DNA from: an uncultured bacterium
GTDB taxonomy: Bacteria; Patescibacteriota; Minisyncoccia; Minisyncoccales; UBA10102
Length of the DNA: 44,273 bases
Assembly (NCBI GenBank): GCA_913054235.1
Contig: CAJXJI010000002.1
Coordinates: 1-44,273, forward strand
Reading direction: 5' to 3'
Shown here: positions 17,106 to 26,756 of the stretch, in pieces
Layout: each line of letters opens with the position of its first letter
How positions within the stretch are numbered: the first letter of the stretch is position 1
The notes under the pieces: model-generated
The model's database searches: none
What the model was told of the DNA's origin: nothing
What the model saw: only the letters and a program-made list of their open reading frames with translations
Program-made: the position numbers and the translations under genes

Positions 17106-18971
17106 CTATTCTGCCTTTAGCACAGCTCGAATTCTCCTAACTCCAGTGGAGACAGCCTCCTCCTTTATAATCTCAAACTGGCTTAGTTCTGAGGTATTTT
17201 GAACATGAGGGCCGCCGCAAAACTCCTTGGAGAATGCATTTCCTTTTTCATCCTTTAAAACGTACACAGATACTATATCTCCATATTTTATCCCAAATTC
17301 CATTTCGGCTCCTAGCTTCACTGCTTCTTCCTTTGTCATTTCCTCTTTTACCATCTTCAAATTCTCTTGGATTTTTACATTTACTAAATTCTCTACCTCT
17401 TGTACTTGCTCTGGGGTAACTTTTTGAGGCTGTGAAAAATCCAAACGTATACGCTCTTGAGTAATGTTGCTTCCTCGTTGATGCACATGATCTCCCAATA
17501 CTTCACGTAAAGCCGCAAGTAACAAATGGTTTGCAGTGTGGAGTTTTGTGGTTGCATAAGAAGCATCAGCAAGACCTCCTTTAAATCTTCCTGCTGCTGC
17601 GGTTCTTGAAATTTCTTGATGTGCTGCAAATTCCTCTTGAAAACTTATAGTATCTACCAAAACTCCTTTTTCCTTTGCAAGCTCTAAGGTAATATCTAAA
17701 GGAAATCCATAAGTCTGATATAGATCAAACGCCTCTTTTCCTGTAATATTGCGAGAAGAAATTTTCTCAAATTCTTTTAGACCCTTTTTTAAGGTTAAAC
17801 GAAATCTTTCTTCCTCTTCTTGGATATTTTTTTCAATCTCCTCTTTTTGATCTTCCAGTTCCAAGTAGGAACCTTCGTAAGCTGCAATTAAAGGTTCTAC
17901 TAAAAGAGCTAAGGCGCCTTCTTTCATTTCTATGATATCTGCATGTCGTACTGCCCGACGTACGAGGCGACGCACAAAATACCCACGCTCCGTGTTGGAG
18001 GGCAAAACACTATCCCCTATCATAAAAGCAGCTCCTCGAATGTGATCTGCAACAATTCGAAAAGAAGTAATATTATCTTCATACTTTTTTGAACTTAGTT
18101 CTTCTATCTTAGTAATAACAGCAAACAGCGTGTTTATTTTAAATACATCAGCGTCTTTATTCACAGCAGCAGTAATTCTTTCCAACCCTCCTCCAAAATC
18201 CACATTGCGTTGTGCTAACTTTTCAAAACTCCCGTCTTCTTTCTTCTTATACTCCATGAACACAGAATTACCAATTTCCATGAACCTTCCACAATCGCAG
18301 TTTGGATGACATTGCTTGCCAAATGCTTCATTATGAGGAGTGCCAAAGTCAAAGAATATTTCAGAGTCAGGTCCTCCTGGCTCTCCTGTGGGCATATTGG
18401 AAGGAATCCCTGCCCTGCTCCACCAGTTCTTCTTTGATCCATAAGCAAAGATACGGCCTCCTTGCATGCCTTTTTCATATCCCACCTCTTCACTGCCAAG
18501 TTCTATATCTTTTGCCTCAATCCCCTTCTCTTGAAATAACCGTTTTAAAATGCCAATAGATTCTTCGTCTTTTGGTATGTTATTTTCCTTATCTCCCAAA
18601 AACACCGTCATATAGAGATTCTCAGGGGGCAGTCCTAACTCATCTACCAAAAAAGAAAAGATCCAAGAAAGTTGCTCTTCTTTAAAGTAATCACCCAAAG
18701 ACCAATTCCCAAGCATTTCAAAGAATGTGGTGTGGCGATTATCACCTATCTCTTCAATATCGTCTGCTCGAAAACTCTTTTGAGAATTAACTAAGCGTGA
18801 GCCCATAGGATGCTTTTGTCCTAAAAGATAGGGAATTAAAGGCTGCATGCCAGAGCCCACAAACAGCGTTGTGGGATCGTTCTCTGGAACTAAAGAAGAA
18901 GAAGGAATAATATTATGCACTCTTTCTTTAAAAAAGTTCAGATACTTTTCTCGTATTTCGTTTGAGCTCAT
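17106..18971 (-). CDS. alaS: Alanyl-tRNA synthetase, short form lacking the C-Ala domain
   Basis: The N-terminus MSSNEIREKYLNFFKERVHNIIPSSSLVP is AlaRS-like. Editing-domain motifs HTANHLL and CGGPHV are present. The protein ends right after GVRRIRAV at 621 aa. Confidence 0.93.
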   Translation of the reverse strand: MSSNEIREKYLNFFKERVHNIIPSSSLVPENDPTTLFVGSGMQPLIPYLLGQKHPMGSRLVNSQKSFRADDIEEIGDNRHTTFFEMLGNWSLGDYFKEEQLSWIFSFLVDELGLPPENLYMTVFLGDKENNIPKDEESIGILKRLFQEKGIEAKDIELGSEEVGYEKGMQGGRIFAYGSKKNWWSRAGIPSNMPTGEPGGPDSEIFFDFGTPHNEAFGKQCHPNCDCGRFMEIGNSVFMEYKKKEDGSFEKLAQRNVDFGGGLERITAAVNKDADVFKINTLFAVITKIEELSSKKYEDNITSFRIVADHIRGAAFMIGDSVLPSNTERGYFVRRLVRRAVRHADIIEMKEGALALLVEPLIAAYEGSYLELEDQKEEIEKNIQEEEERFRLTLKKGLKEFEKISSRNITGKEAFDLYQTYGFPLDITLELAKEKGVLVDTISFQEEFAAHQEISRTAAAGRFKGGLADASYATTKLHTANHLLLAALREVLGDHVHQRGSNITQERIRLDFSQPQKVTPEQVQEVENLVNVKIQENLKMVKEEMTKEEAVKLGAEMEFGIKYGDIVSVYVLKDEKGNAFSKEFCGGPHVQNTSELSQFEIIKEEAVSTGVRRIRAVLKAE

Positions 18972-18987
18972 AGAAAAACTATATCAC

Positions 18988-20034
18988 TTAAGAAATAATA
19001 ACTCCACCCCCCAAAAGCTCTTCTCCGTGGTAAAACACCGCAAATTGTCCTGGAGTAATGGCTCGTTGAGCAACCTCTGGAGTTACTTTAAGTAAACCGT
19101 CTTTAAGTACTTTTAATGTAACTAGGACGTCCTCTTGACGGTAGCGGAATTTTGCAAAAACAGGAGTATCTTCTTCTTGAGGCAAAAACCAATTCATATC
19201 TTTTACCATAAGCTCAGAGGTCATGATATCATGCTGCTCTTTTGTTACATTAAGGGTATTGGTTTTAATATTTTTTTTTGAAACATAGTAAGGACCGCCT
19301 GCAAGTTTTAGCCCTTGTCTTTGGCCTACGGTATAGTAATATGCTCCATCGTGCTGCCCTAACACCTCGCCTGTAGTACTTACAATGGAACCTTGCTTTT
19401 GTGGGATGTGAACTCGAAGAAACTCTCCAATTTCTACTTCTCCTATAAAGCAAATACCTTGGCTATCTTTGCGCTCTGCATTGGGAAGTCCAATCTTTTT
19501 TGCAAAAGCTCTTACTTGAGTCTTTTCATAATCTCCTATTGGAAATAGAGATTTTTCCAATACTTCAGGATGTATCATGGCAAGGAAATAAGATTGATCT
19601 TTCTCTTCATCTTTTCCCTTCAGTAAAATATGTCTTAAATTCTTTTTCTTAACTCGTGCATAATGGCCAGTAGCAACATAGTCCGCTCCCAACGTCATTG
19701 CCTTTTTAAAAAACAGACCAAACTTGATTTCACGATTACACATAATATCTGGGTTAGGAGTAATGCCCTCTTGGTACCCTTGAATCATATATTCCACTAC
19801 TTTCTCTTTGTATTCATCAATAAAATTCCAGACATAAAAAGGAATCTTCAAATGCAAAGCAGCTAGGCGAGCTGAACGCTCATCCTCCTCTGTGGTGCAT
19901 GAAGGTCCCTCTGTCCAACATTTCATATATATTCCAATCACGTCAAAACCAGCTCTTTTTAAAAGAGCTGCCGCTACCGAACTATCCACTCCACCCGACA
20001 TTCCAACAAATACTTTCCTTTTCTTTTTACTCAT
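18988..20034 (-). CDS. mnmA: tRNA-specific 2-thiouridylase
   Basis: PP-loop VGMSGGVDSSVAA and the ...GICFIGE... motif. 348 aa. Confidence 0.93.
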   Translation of the reverse strand: MSKKKRKVFVGMSGGVDSSVAAALLKRAGFDVIGIYMKCWTEGPSCTTEEDERSARLAALHLKIPFYVWNFIDEYKEKVVEYMIQGYQEGITPNPDIMCNREIKFGLFFKKAMTLGADYVATGHYARVKKKNLRHILLKGKDEEKDQSYFLAMIHPEVLEKSLFPIGDYEKTQVRAFAKKIGLPNAERKDSQGICFIGEVEIGEFLRVHIPQKQGSIVSTTGEVLGQHDGAYYYTVGQRQGLKLAGGPYYVSKKNIKTNTLNVTKEQHDIMTSELMVKDMNWFLPQEEDTPVFAKFRYRQEDVLVTLKVLKDGLLKVTPEVAQRAITPGQFAVFYHGEELLGGGVIIS

Positions 20035-20073
20035 AGTGAATATTCAATATGCCACAAAATACAGACTTTGTCA

Positions 20074-20922
20074 TTATGCGTCATGTCGCAAAATAGCATC
20101 GCTCATACGAGCAACCCTAGTCATTTCTTTTACATCATGCACGCGCACTATATCTACCTTTTGTAAAATACCAAGCGCGAGAGTTGCTGCAGTTCCTTCA
20201 AGGCGCTCATGCACAGGCAATCCACCCAATACTTCCCCAATAAAAGACTTCCTGGAAGTTCCAAGTAATAAAGGAAGTTTAAGATCTTCTCGTATTCTTT
20301 TTAAATGAGCAAGTATCTTTAAATTATGCTCTAGCGTCTTTGAAAATCCAATACCAGGATCAATAATAATCTTTTCTGGTAAAACTCCTTTGTTTATCGC
20401 TTGCTCTTTGCTTTTTTTGAGACTTAAAATTACATCTTCAACTACATCAGAATACACAAGTCCCTCTTGATTGTGCATGAGAATAAGGGGTACTCCTGTC
20501 TTTGCTGCAACAAAAGCTATGCGTGCATCCTTTTTAAGACCCCATACATCATTAATCAGTAATGCTCCTTCTTTAATTGAGCGCTCTGCAACCTCTGCTT
20601 TGTATGTATCAATGCTAATTGGTATTTTTAAAACAGACGCGAGTTCAGAAATCACTGGCAATACACGCTCCAATTCCTGCTCAATTGAAATTGCTTTTGC
20701 CCCTCTACCGTATGCGCTTCCAGGAGGTCTTGTGGATTCTCCTCCAACATCAATAATATCAGCCCCATTCTTTTCCATTAAAAGCGCGTATTGAATTGCA
20801 CCTTTAATATCTTTTAAAAAACCATCACCCGAAAATGAATTTTCAGTAATATTTAAAATACCTATTATGTAGGTACGACTCCCCCATTTAAATACACTAT
20901 TTTTAATTTTCAGCGGAACCAT
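20074..20922 (-). CDS. folP: Dihydropteroate synthase
   Basis: ILNITENSFSGDG ... ADIIDVGGESTRPG-like ... SIDTYKAEVA ... INDVWG. Confidence 0.93.
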   Translation of the reverse strand: MVPLKIKNSVFKWGSRTYIIGILNITENSFSGDGFLKDIKGAIQYALLMEKNGADIIDVGGESTRPPGSAYGRGAKAISIEQELERVLPVISELASVLKIPISIDTYKAEVAERSIKEGALLINDVWGLKKDARIAFVAAKTGVPLILMHNQEGLVYSDVVEDVILSLKKSKEQAINKGVLPEKIIIDPGIGFSKTLEHNLKILAHLKRIREDLKLPLLLGTSRKSFIGEVLGGLPVHERLEGTAATLALGILQKVDIVRVHDVKEMTRVARMSDAILRHDA

Positions 20923-21401
20923 TCTTTTTTATACAACAAAACTTCTTCTTGCTTGGGCAAGTCTTCAAGCATAGTGCTCACATCTTTTTTCAATATTGGA
21001 TGCATAAAATCTGATGCAATTTCCTTTAATGGAATAAGAACAAACGCACGTTCGTGAAGACGAGGATGTGGGATTTGAAGATTCTCTTCTTGAACAATTT
21101 TATCCTCATAGAATAATATATCCAAGTCCACGGTGCGAGGACCGTTTTGGATAGTGCGCACTCTATTTAGCATCTTTTCAATTGCTAAAACAAATTCAAG
21201 TAATGTACTTGGAGTAAAGTGAGTTTCAACTTTAACCACTCCATTTAAAAACCAACTTTGATCAGCATATCCTACTGGTTCTGTTTCATACAAAGAAGAG
21301 CAAATTAATACCTTGCTTTGTTTTTTAAGTTCCCCTACTACTTTTTTAAGATAATCTTCTCTATCTTCAATATTTGAGCCTATTGCAATATATGAAATCA
21401 T
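20910..21401 (-). CDS. folK: 2-amino-4-hydroxy-6-hydroxymethyldihydropterin pyrophosphokinase
   Basis: YIAIGSNIEDR ... RTVDLDILFYED ... IPHPRLHERAFVLIPL. The start is ATG 21401. The track start 21416 is a TTG. Confidence 0.9.
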   Translation of the reverse strand: MISYIAIGSNIEDREDYLKKVVGELKKQSKVLICSSLYETEPVGYADQSWFLNGVVKVETHFTPSTLLEFVLAIEKMLNRVRTIQNGPRTVDLDILFYEDKIVQEENLQIPHPRLHERAFVLIPLKEIASDFMHPILKKDVSTMLEDLPKQEEVLLYKKEWFR

Positions 21402-21488
21402 ACCCAACTTTATCAAAAAATCGTCTTGTTAAATATCCAGCTCAGAAAAAAGAGGAGCACTGCTTTCTGGATTGATATATGCTTCGTC

Positions 21489-21773
21489 TTAGCACTTTCC
21501 CACATATATATCAACTGTTCCATCTAAATAATATCTGGAAAAAGTACAAGATGAATATAAGCAGGGTCTTTGGGGAACAACACAGTATATATAGTCTCCT
21601 ACATATTTTTTAACCCATGGTAGAGAACCATCTTTAAGGCAAATAACAGCTATAGGTTCTAGCGTGATGTTAACAATAATTTCTTCAAATCCAATCAAAG
21701 AAATAAGTTCCCCTCCTTCTTCTGTAACTACCATACTTTTTCTGTCTTCGGCATAGCTAATGTAGTATTTCAT
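21489..21773 (-). CDS. Hypothetical Cys-rich small protein (94 aa from ATG 21773)
   Basis: The ORF-track start 21872 is a TTG. The first ATG gives MKYYISYAEDRK.... No recognisable domain. Confidence 0.45.
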   Translation of the reverse strand: MKYYISYAEDRKSMVVTEEGGELISLIGFEEIIVNITLEPIAVICLKDGSLPWVKKYVGDYIYCVVPQRPCLYSSCTFSRYYLDGTVDIYVGKC

Positions 21774-21935
21774 TCTCTGTTCTCTATCAACTGAAGGAGG
21801 AGGAGCTATACAATAGCCAAGAATATGATTAATTCTATTCTTGTATTTTTTAGTCGTATCAGAAGTATACAAAATCTTCCCTCTTTTGTTTTTAACAAAA
21901 AATCCTACAAACTTTTTTCGGGTAGGACTCGAACC

Positions 21936-22448
21936 TCAAGCAAAGCGATCAGCTACCGAAGAAGCAGCAAAGGACTCTGGCTTAATCATGGGTTTAAATC
22001 CATTACCTAAAATAAGACCGGTAACTTCTTTAATCATATCCTTAGTTGCGCCATTTTCTCCTACATCAGCATGAATATATTGCAATTGGTAAGAAACCTT
22101 AAGATCTGCTTTCTTTGCCGCAAGAGCAAAGTTCTCCCTTAACCAGGAAGCTAGTTGACAAGATAGCAGCACTTCTTCTAAAATCCTATCATGAATGTTG
22201 TAGAATTTCCGAGGAGCAGGGTATCTTACTTTAGTTAAAAAGAATCTTCCTCCTTCTTTCTTTCTTAAAACAACAATTACCACAGGAAAAGTAGGCTCTT
22301 CTACAGCAGAAGAGTCACATCCTATAATAATTTCATAATCTCGCTCAGATTTCTCCTTTAAGTATAGGATGAGTTCTTGTAATACCTCTTGTAAGTCCAT
22401 TTGTCCCTTTGTGGGATTGTAAAATGTTCCTTGTGATATAACATCCAT
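21936..22448 (-). CDS. DUF458 / YkuK-family RNase H-like protein
   Basis: YEIIIGCDSS ... GGRFF ... IHADVGENGATKDMIKEVTG ... KPESFAASSVADRFA matches my recollection of the Bacillus YkuK (DUF458) pattern. Confidence 0.65.
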   Translation of the reverse strand: MDVISQGTFYNPTKGQMDLQEVLQELILYLKEKSERDYEIIIGCDSSAVEEPTFPVVIVVLRKKEGGRFFLTKVRYPAPRKFYNIHDRILEEVLLSCQLASWLRENFALAAKKADLKVSYQLQYIHADVGENGATKDMIKEVTGLILGNGFKPMIKPESFAASSVADRFA

Positions 22449-22466
22449 AATTAAGCACTCTTACCT

Positions 22467-23144
22467 TCAGGCAACTTTTTTTATAAGACTTATAAATTCC
22501 TTAGCATTTAAAGAAGCAGCCCCAACCAATACTCCCTGGACTCTCCCTTTTTGCATAATGGCAGCAATACTTGTTGCATTCACGCTCCCTCCATAAAGTA
22601 CTGGGCTATTCCTCCCTGTAATTTTCTTCATTGCTCCGACCATCGTAGCAATGTTTTCTGGGGTAATCCTCTTTCCTCCTTGCGTGCTAATAGCAGAAGA
22701 TGGTTCAAATACCACCAGAATGTTTTTTGAACGCTTCATTTTTTTCATTATTATTTGAAGCTCTCGCACATTTTCAACACACAAGATAACGCTCAATCCC
22801 ACGCGCAAAGCAGCTTCAACTTTTGCCCTTACCATCCCCAGAGTCTCAGCAAGATATTTCCTGCGTTCTGAGTGCCCTACAATAACATAGGAACACCCAA
22901 GTGCTTTAAGTTGTTTTGCGGAAACCTCGCCCGTAAGAGGCCCCTTCTCTTGCCAAGAGCAATCTTGAGCACCAATCTCTACATTCTTTGATGCTAATAA
23001 TTGAGGGATATAGATATAAGGAGGGCAAAGCACCACCTTACCAGTAAATCCCTTGACTCCATTTGCCACTTTCTTTGCCAGCGCAAAAGCTTCCTTTGAG
23101 TTTAAAGGATTCATCTTCCAGTTTGCAATAATAATAGGTTTCAT
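22467..23144 (-). CDS. tpiA: Triosephosphate isomerase
   Basis: MKPIIIANWKMNPL ... VIVGHSERR ... GGSV. The start at ATG 23144 forms an ATGA overlap with the upstream gene's stop. Confidence 0.92.
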   Translation of the reverse strand: MKPIIIANWKMNPLNSKEAFALAKKVANGVKGFTGKVVLCPPYIYIPQLLASKNVEIGAQDCSWQEKGPLTGEVSAKQLKALGCSYVIVGHSERRKYLAETLGMVRAKVEAALRVGLSVILCVENVRELQIIMKKMKRSKNILVVFEPSSAISTQGGKRITPENIATMVGAMKKITGRNSPVLYGGSVNATSIAAIMQKGRVQGVLVGAASLNAKEFISLIKKVA

Positions 23145-23590
23145 ATAGCCAATACTCCAAGAGTAAGCACACTTACAATAACTCCAGCTATTATAACCCC
23201 AAACAAGATTAATGGAAATGCAAGGCGAAATGGAATTCCAAATACAAATGCTGCGACCATGGCAGTCCACGCTCCCGTAAAGGGTAATGGAATTGCAACA
23301 AACAGCACCAAGGCAAAGTCACGAAATAATTCAAACATTTTAGCATGCCTTTTTCTTGTTTTGTCAAATAGCCACGTGAAGAATCTTTCAAGAAAAATAA
23401 AACGGAGCGAAAGCTCTCTTGCCAAAACTCCCAAAACAGGAAGCAATAAGACTGGTATCATGTTTCCTACAATCACTAAGAGAAAAACTTGCCATAGGGG
23501 CAAGCCATATACCAACAAACCCAAAGGAATTGCGCCACGCAACTCTACTACTGGAGATGCTGCAACAAGTAACAAAAAGAGTTCTTGCAT
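23141..23590 (-). CDS. Small membrane protein, COG2426 'putative small multidrug export' family
   Basis: AASPVVELRGAIPLGL N-terminal motif and 4 predicted TM helices. 149 aa. Confidence 0.65.
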   Translation of the reverse strand: MQELFLLLVAASPVVELRGAIPLGLLVYGLPLWQVFLLVIVGNMIPVLLLPVLGVLARELSLRFIFLERFFTWLFDKTRKRHAKMFELFRDFALVLFVAIPLPFTGAWTAMVAAFVFGIPFRLAFPLILFGVIIAGVIVSVLTLGVLAI

Positions 23591-23594
23591 ATGT

Positions 23595-24338
23595 TTATCT
23601 AGTCAACACCAAAGGTCCCTTCTTAGTAATAGCAATAGTATCCTCAAAATGGCAGAATAATGACCCATCTTTTGTATTATAGCTCTGGCCATCCTTTGCT
23701 AATTCTAACTTCCAATCCCCTACTGTCACCATAGGTTCAATACAAATAACCAATCCTTCTTGTATTTTCTTATCTGTATGTGCCTTTCCGTAATTTAATA
23801 CCTTGGGCAGTTCATGGAGCTCCTTTCCAATACCATGTCCACATAACTCACGCACAACCCCATAGTCACGGTCTTCCAAATATGTCTGCACTGCATGACC
23901 AATATCTCCCAGACGGTTCCCCGGTTTTGCCTGCTTTATACCAAGCTCCAAAGCTTCTTTGGTAGCTGAAATAAGCTGGGATTTTTCTTTTGATATCTTG
24001 CCAATAGGAATGGTTCTTGCCATGTCCAGATACCATCCTTTCCATTTCAATCCCATATCCAAAGTCAAAATATCTCCCTCTTCAAGTTCTCTTTTTGAAG
24101 GGGGCACATGCACTCCTTCTTCATTTATCGCAGTACATACAACTCCGGGAAATTCATGATAGTCAAGAAATGCAGTTTCAGCTCCACTCTTTAAGATAAG
24201 TTTCTTGGTTAAAGAATCTAACTCTTTTGTTGTTACACCTGGTTTTGCCTCCAAAGCAACCTTACCTAAAATGCGGGCGAGGATCACTCCTCCCTCCCGC
24301 ATTTGTGCAATCTCTTTTGGAGTTTTAAGGGAAATCAT
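23595..24338 (-). CDS. map: Methionine aminopeptidase type I
   Basis: ISLKTPKEIAQMREGG ... CGHGIG ... FCHFEDTIAIT. Confidence 0.95.
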   Translation of the reverse strand: MISLKTPKEIAQMREGGVILARILGKVALEAKPGVTTKELDSLTKKLILKSGAETAFLDYHEFPGVVCTAINEEGVHVPPSKRELEEGDILTLDMGLKWKGWYLDMARTIPIGKISKEKSQLISATKEALELGIKQAKPGNRLGDIGHAVQTYLEDRDYGVVRELCGHGIGKELHELPKVLNYGKAHTDKKIQEGLVICIEPMVTVGDWKLELAKDGQSYNTKDGSLFCHFEDTIAITKKGPLVLTR

Positions 24339-25060
24339 GAAGAAATAATTTTTAGAATGGAGCCAAAAATATTAACAACAGAGTCTCCAGCATTAATTTT
24401 TTCTACCTTAAAGCCTTTTGATTCAAAATACTCAAACATAGGAAGAGTCCGCTCTGTATATTGTTGCAATCGCGTTGCGATATTCTTTTCGTCATCCAAT
24501 CCATCACGGCGCAACAAACGAGACCCGTCGAGTGGACACTTAGTGAGTGCTATAGTTTCTTTGGATGTTAAAATAGGATGCCTCATCAGCTCACAAATTC
24601 TTCGTTGAGTATTTCGTCGCATAGTCTCTTCTTCTTCAAGTTCTAACATTATAATCTTTATATGTGTTTTGCCATACAGCTCCTTTAGTAAAGGAGTAAT
24701 TGCTTCTGCCTCATACAAGGTTCTTGGGGAACCTGCCATCAAAAGATCTCTTTGTAGTGAATGACTCTTTTCAATCGCCTTCTTTACAATCATCGTTACA
24801 AAAGGAGGACTATTTAAAACTCCAGATGCCCAAATTTTCTGCTCTTCTTTTAGATAATACTTCGTACCATCAGTTTCAACATACTCACCTTCTTTTGCAT
24901 TGCGAAAACTCTCCTCCAGTAGTTTACTGGTTTCAAGATAATAAAAATTAAGTTTATCTGCAATTAAACTTGCTTGAGTTCCTTTTCCTGAACCAGGAGG
25001 TCCAAACAAAACAACTACCTGCTGTATACTATAGCCGTCAGTATCACTAGAAGGTGTCAT
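24335..25060 (-). CDS. adk: Adenylate kinase
   Basis: P-loop GPPGSGKGTQA. Canonical position after secY. 241 aa. Confidence 0.88.
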   Translation of the reverse strand: MTPSSDTDGYSIQQVVVLFGPPGSGKGTQASLIADKLNFYYLETSKLLEESFRNAKEGEYVETDGTKYYLKEEQKIWASGVLNSPPFVTMIVKKAIEKSHSLQRDLLMAGSPRTLYEAEAITPLLKELYGKTHIKIIMLELEEEETMRRNTQRRICELMRHPILTSKETIALTKCPLDGSRLLRRDGLDDEKNIATRLQQYTERTLPMFEYFESKGFKVEKINAGDSVVNIFGSILKIISS

Positions 25061-26327
25061 ATTCTCTCATTTGAAGTTGAGAACGTATTTGACGCAGCGT
25101 TTCCAAGACCACGGAAACCACGATAAGAAGAGCTGTTCCTCCTAGTAGAAATTGAAATGCAACAATTCCAGTTGCACCCTGTACGATAGATGGCATAACA
25201 GCAATAGTTCCCAAGAACAAAGCTCCCACAAGCAAGATACGGTTTAAGATAAAAGAAATAAAGCCTGATGTGGAAGCTCCAGGTCTTACTCCTGGTATAA
25301 AACCACCCATCTTTTGTAAGTTTGTAGCAATTGATTTTGGATCAAAAGTTACTGCGGTATAAAAGAAGGTAAACATCACCACAAGCAAGAAGTAAAGAAT
25401 ACCGTATCCCCATGGATTAACTAAAAAGTTTTGAACTGAGTTTGCGATACCTCCAATGGCTCCTCCAACTCCTACAAGGAAAGAAGCTATCATGCCAGGA
25501 ATGGTTAATAAGGATAAGGCAAAAATAATAGGAATTACTCCTGCTGGATTTATTTGTAAAGGAAGGTATGTTGAAGCACCTCCAAACATTTTATTCCCCC
25601 GAACTCGCTTAGCATAGGTAACTGGAATGTTACGCCTTGCCTCTGTTATGTATACCACTCCTGCGATTATGACAATTGCCATAACAAAGAAGGCAACATA
25701 AGCAGGGAGACGAGTTGGATCATAGGAAAGAAATAATTGCCTGAGCGAGGAAGGAAACCCTGTAATAATACCTGCAAAAATAAGGAGTGATACTCCGTTT
25801 CCAATACCCTTTTCTGTGATAAGTTCTCCAAACCACATTAAAAGTATTGTCCCTGCTGTAATCGTTACCAAAGATGTAATTAAAATCTCTGGACTCAAGC
25901 GATCAATAACCTGCTGTTGGGTCAAAAGGGCCAAGAATCCGTATCCTTGCAGCAAGGCAAAGGGTACTGCTAAATATCGTCCATATTGATTAAACTTCGC
26001 TCGTCCTGCCTCTCCCTCCTCTTTATATAGTCTCTCCAAAGCAGGGACAATCATGGTTAAAAGCTGCATGATAATAACAGCTGTAATGTAAGGACCAAGA
26101 CCCAACATCACAATAGATAAACTATCCAACGCGCCACCCGTAAAAAGGTTTAACAGTCCAAATAATTGGTTATTTGCAAAGAACTGTTCAATGCGAGCTG
26201 TATCAATACCTGGCATGGGAATATTTGCCATTAAACGAAACAGCACAAATATACCCAATACAAACAGGATTTTCTTTCTTAGATCAGGAATCTGAAATGC
26301 TCGAATGAAATTATAAAGCCAACTCAT
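25047..26327 (-). CDS. secY: Preprotein translocase subunit SecY
   Basis: 10-TM protein. DLRKKILFVLGIFVLFRL ... GIGNGVSLLIFAGI. Confidence 0.96.
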   Translation of the reverse strand: MSWLYNFIRAFQIPDLRKKILFVLGIFVLFRLMANIPMPGIDTARIEQFFANNQLFGLLNLFTGGALDSLSIVMLGLGPYITAVIIMQLLTMIVPALERLYKEEGEAGRAKFNQYGRYLAVPFALLQGYGFLALLTQQQVIDRLSPEILITSLVTITAGTILLMWFGELITEKGIGNGVSLLIFAGIITGFPSSLRQLFLSYDPTRLPAYVAFFVMAIVIIAGVVYITEARRNIPVTYAKRVRGNKMFGGASTYLPLQINPAGVIPIIFALSLLTIPGMIASFLVGVGGAIGGIANSVQNFLVNPWGYGILYFLLVVMFTFFYTAVTFDPKSIATNLQKMGGFIPGVRPGASTSGFISFILNRILLVGALFLGTIAVMPSIVQGATGIVAFQFLLGGTALLIVVSVVLETLRQIRSQLQMREYDTF

Positions 26328-26755
26328 GTGATAGTTCCACCACTTTCTTCAATGGACTTTCTTGCCCCAGTGGAAAGAGTACATCCTTGAACTGAAAGTG
26401 GAGATTTTAACTTAAGCACTCCTACAATTTTTACCGCAGCAGTAGTTCCTCTTTTTTGATACACCAATCCTTTCTCAAATAAAGCACTGGGAGAAACTAT
26501 CTCACCCTTTGAAAACTTCTTTTCAAGGACAGAAAGTGTAATGGACTGAGGCTTTCTTTGACGCTTTACCCCTCGATATCCTTTGAGTTTAGGATAGCGC
26601 TTTAATAGTTCTCTTACAACAGGGGCTGGCCTTCCTCCGGCACGGGACTTTTGCCCTTTCATTCCACGACCAGAATAGGTGCCTTTTTTGCCACCTCTTC
26701 CAATGCGCTTTTTCGCAGGTCTTTTATGTTTTGGTTTTAATTCGTGCGATTGCAT
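26324..26755 (-). CDS. rplO: 50S ribosomal protein L15
   Basis: KKRIGRGGKKGTYSGRGMKGQKSR. It sits directly after rpsE, so there is no L30 gene. Confidence 0.95.
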   Translation of the reverse strand: MQSHELKPKHKRPAKKRIGRGGKKGTYSGRGMKGQKSRAGGRPAPVVRELLKRYPKLKGYRGVKRQRKPQSITLSVLEKKFSKGEIVSPSALFEKGLVYQKRGTTAAVKIVGVLKLKSPLSVQGCTLSTGARKSIEESGGTIT

Positions 26756-26756
26756 A

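Noticed and set aside
21920-21940. GGTTCGAGTCCTACCCG directly after the DUF458 stop, which resembles a tRNA T-loop/3' end and so a possible att-site remnant.
   Set aside because: Only about 17 nt of similarity. The T-stem does not pair and there is no acceptor or other arm. CCTAC is better explained as one arm of the weak CCTAC/GTAGG terminator hairpin.
5824-22448. Possible alternative genetic code (UGA recoding, as in some candidate phyla).
   Set aside because: TGA terminates well-conserved genes at the expected length (rseP, the DUF458 protein, rplE, rplP and the COG2426 gene). No conserved protein shows an in-frame TGA.
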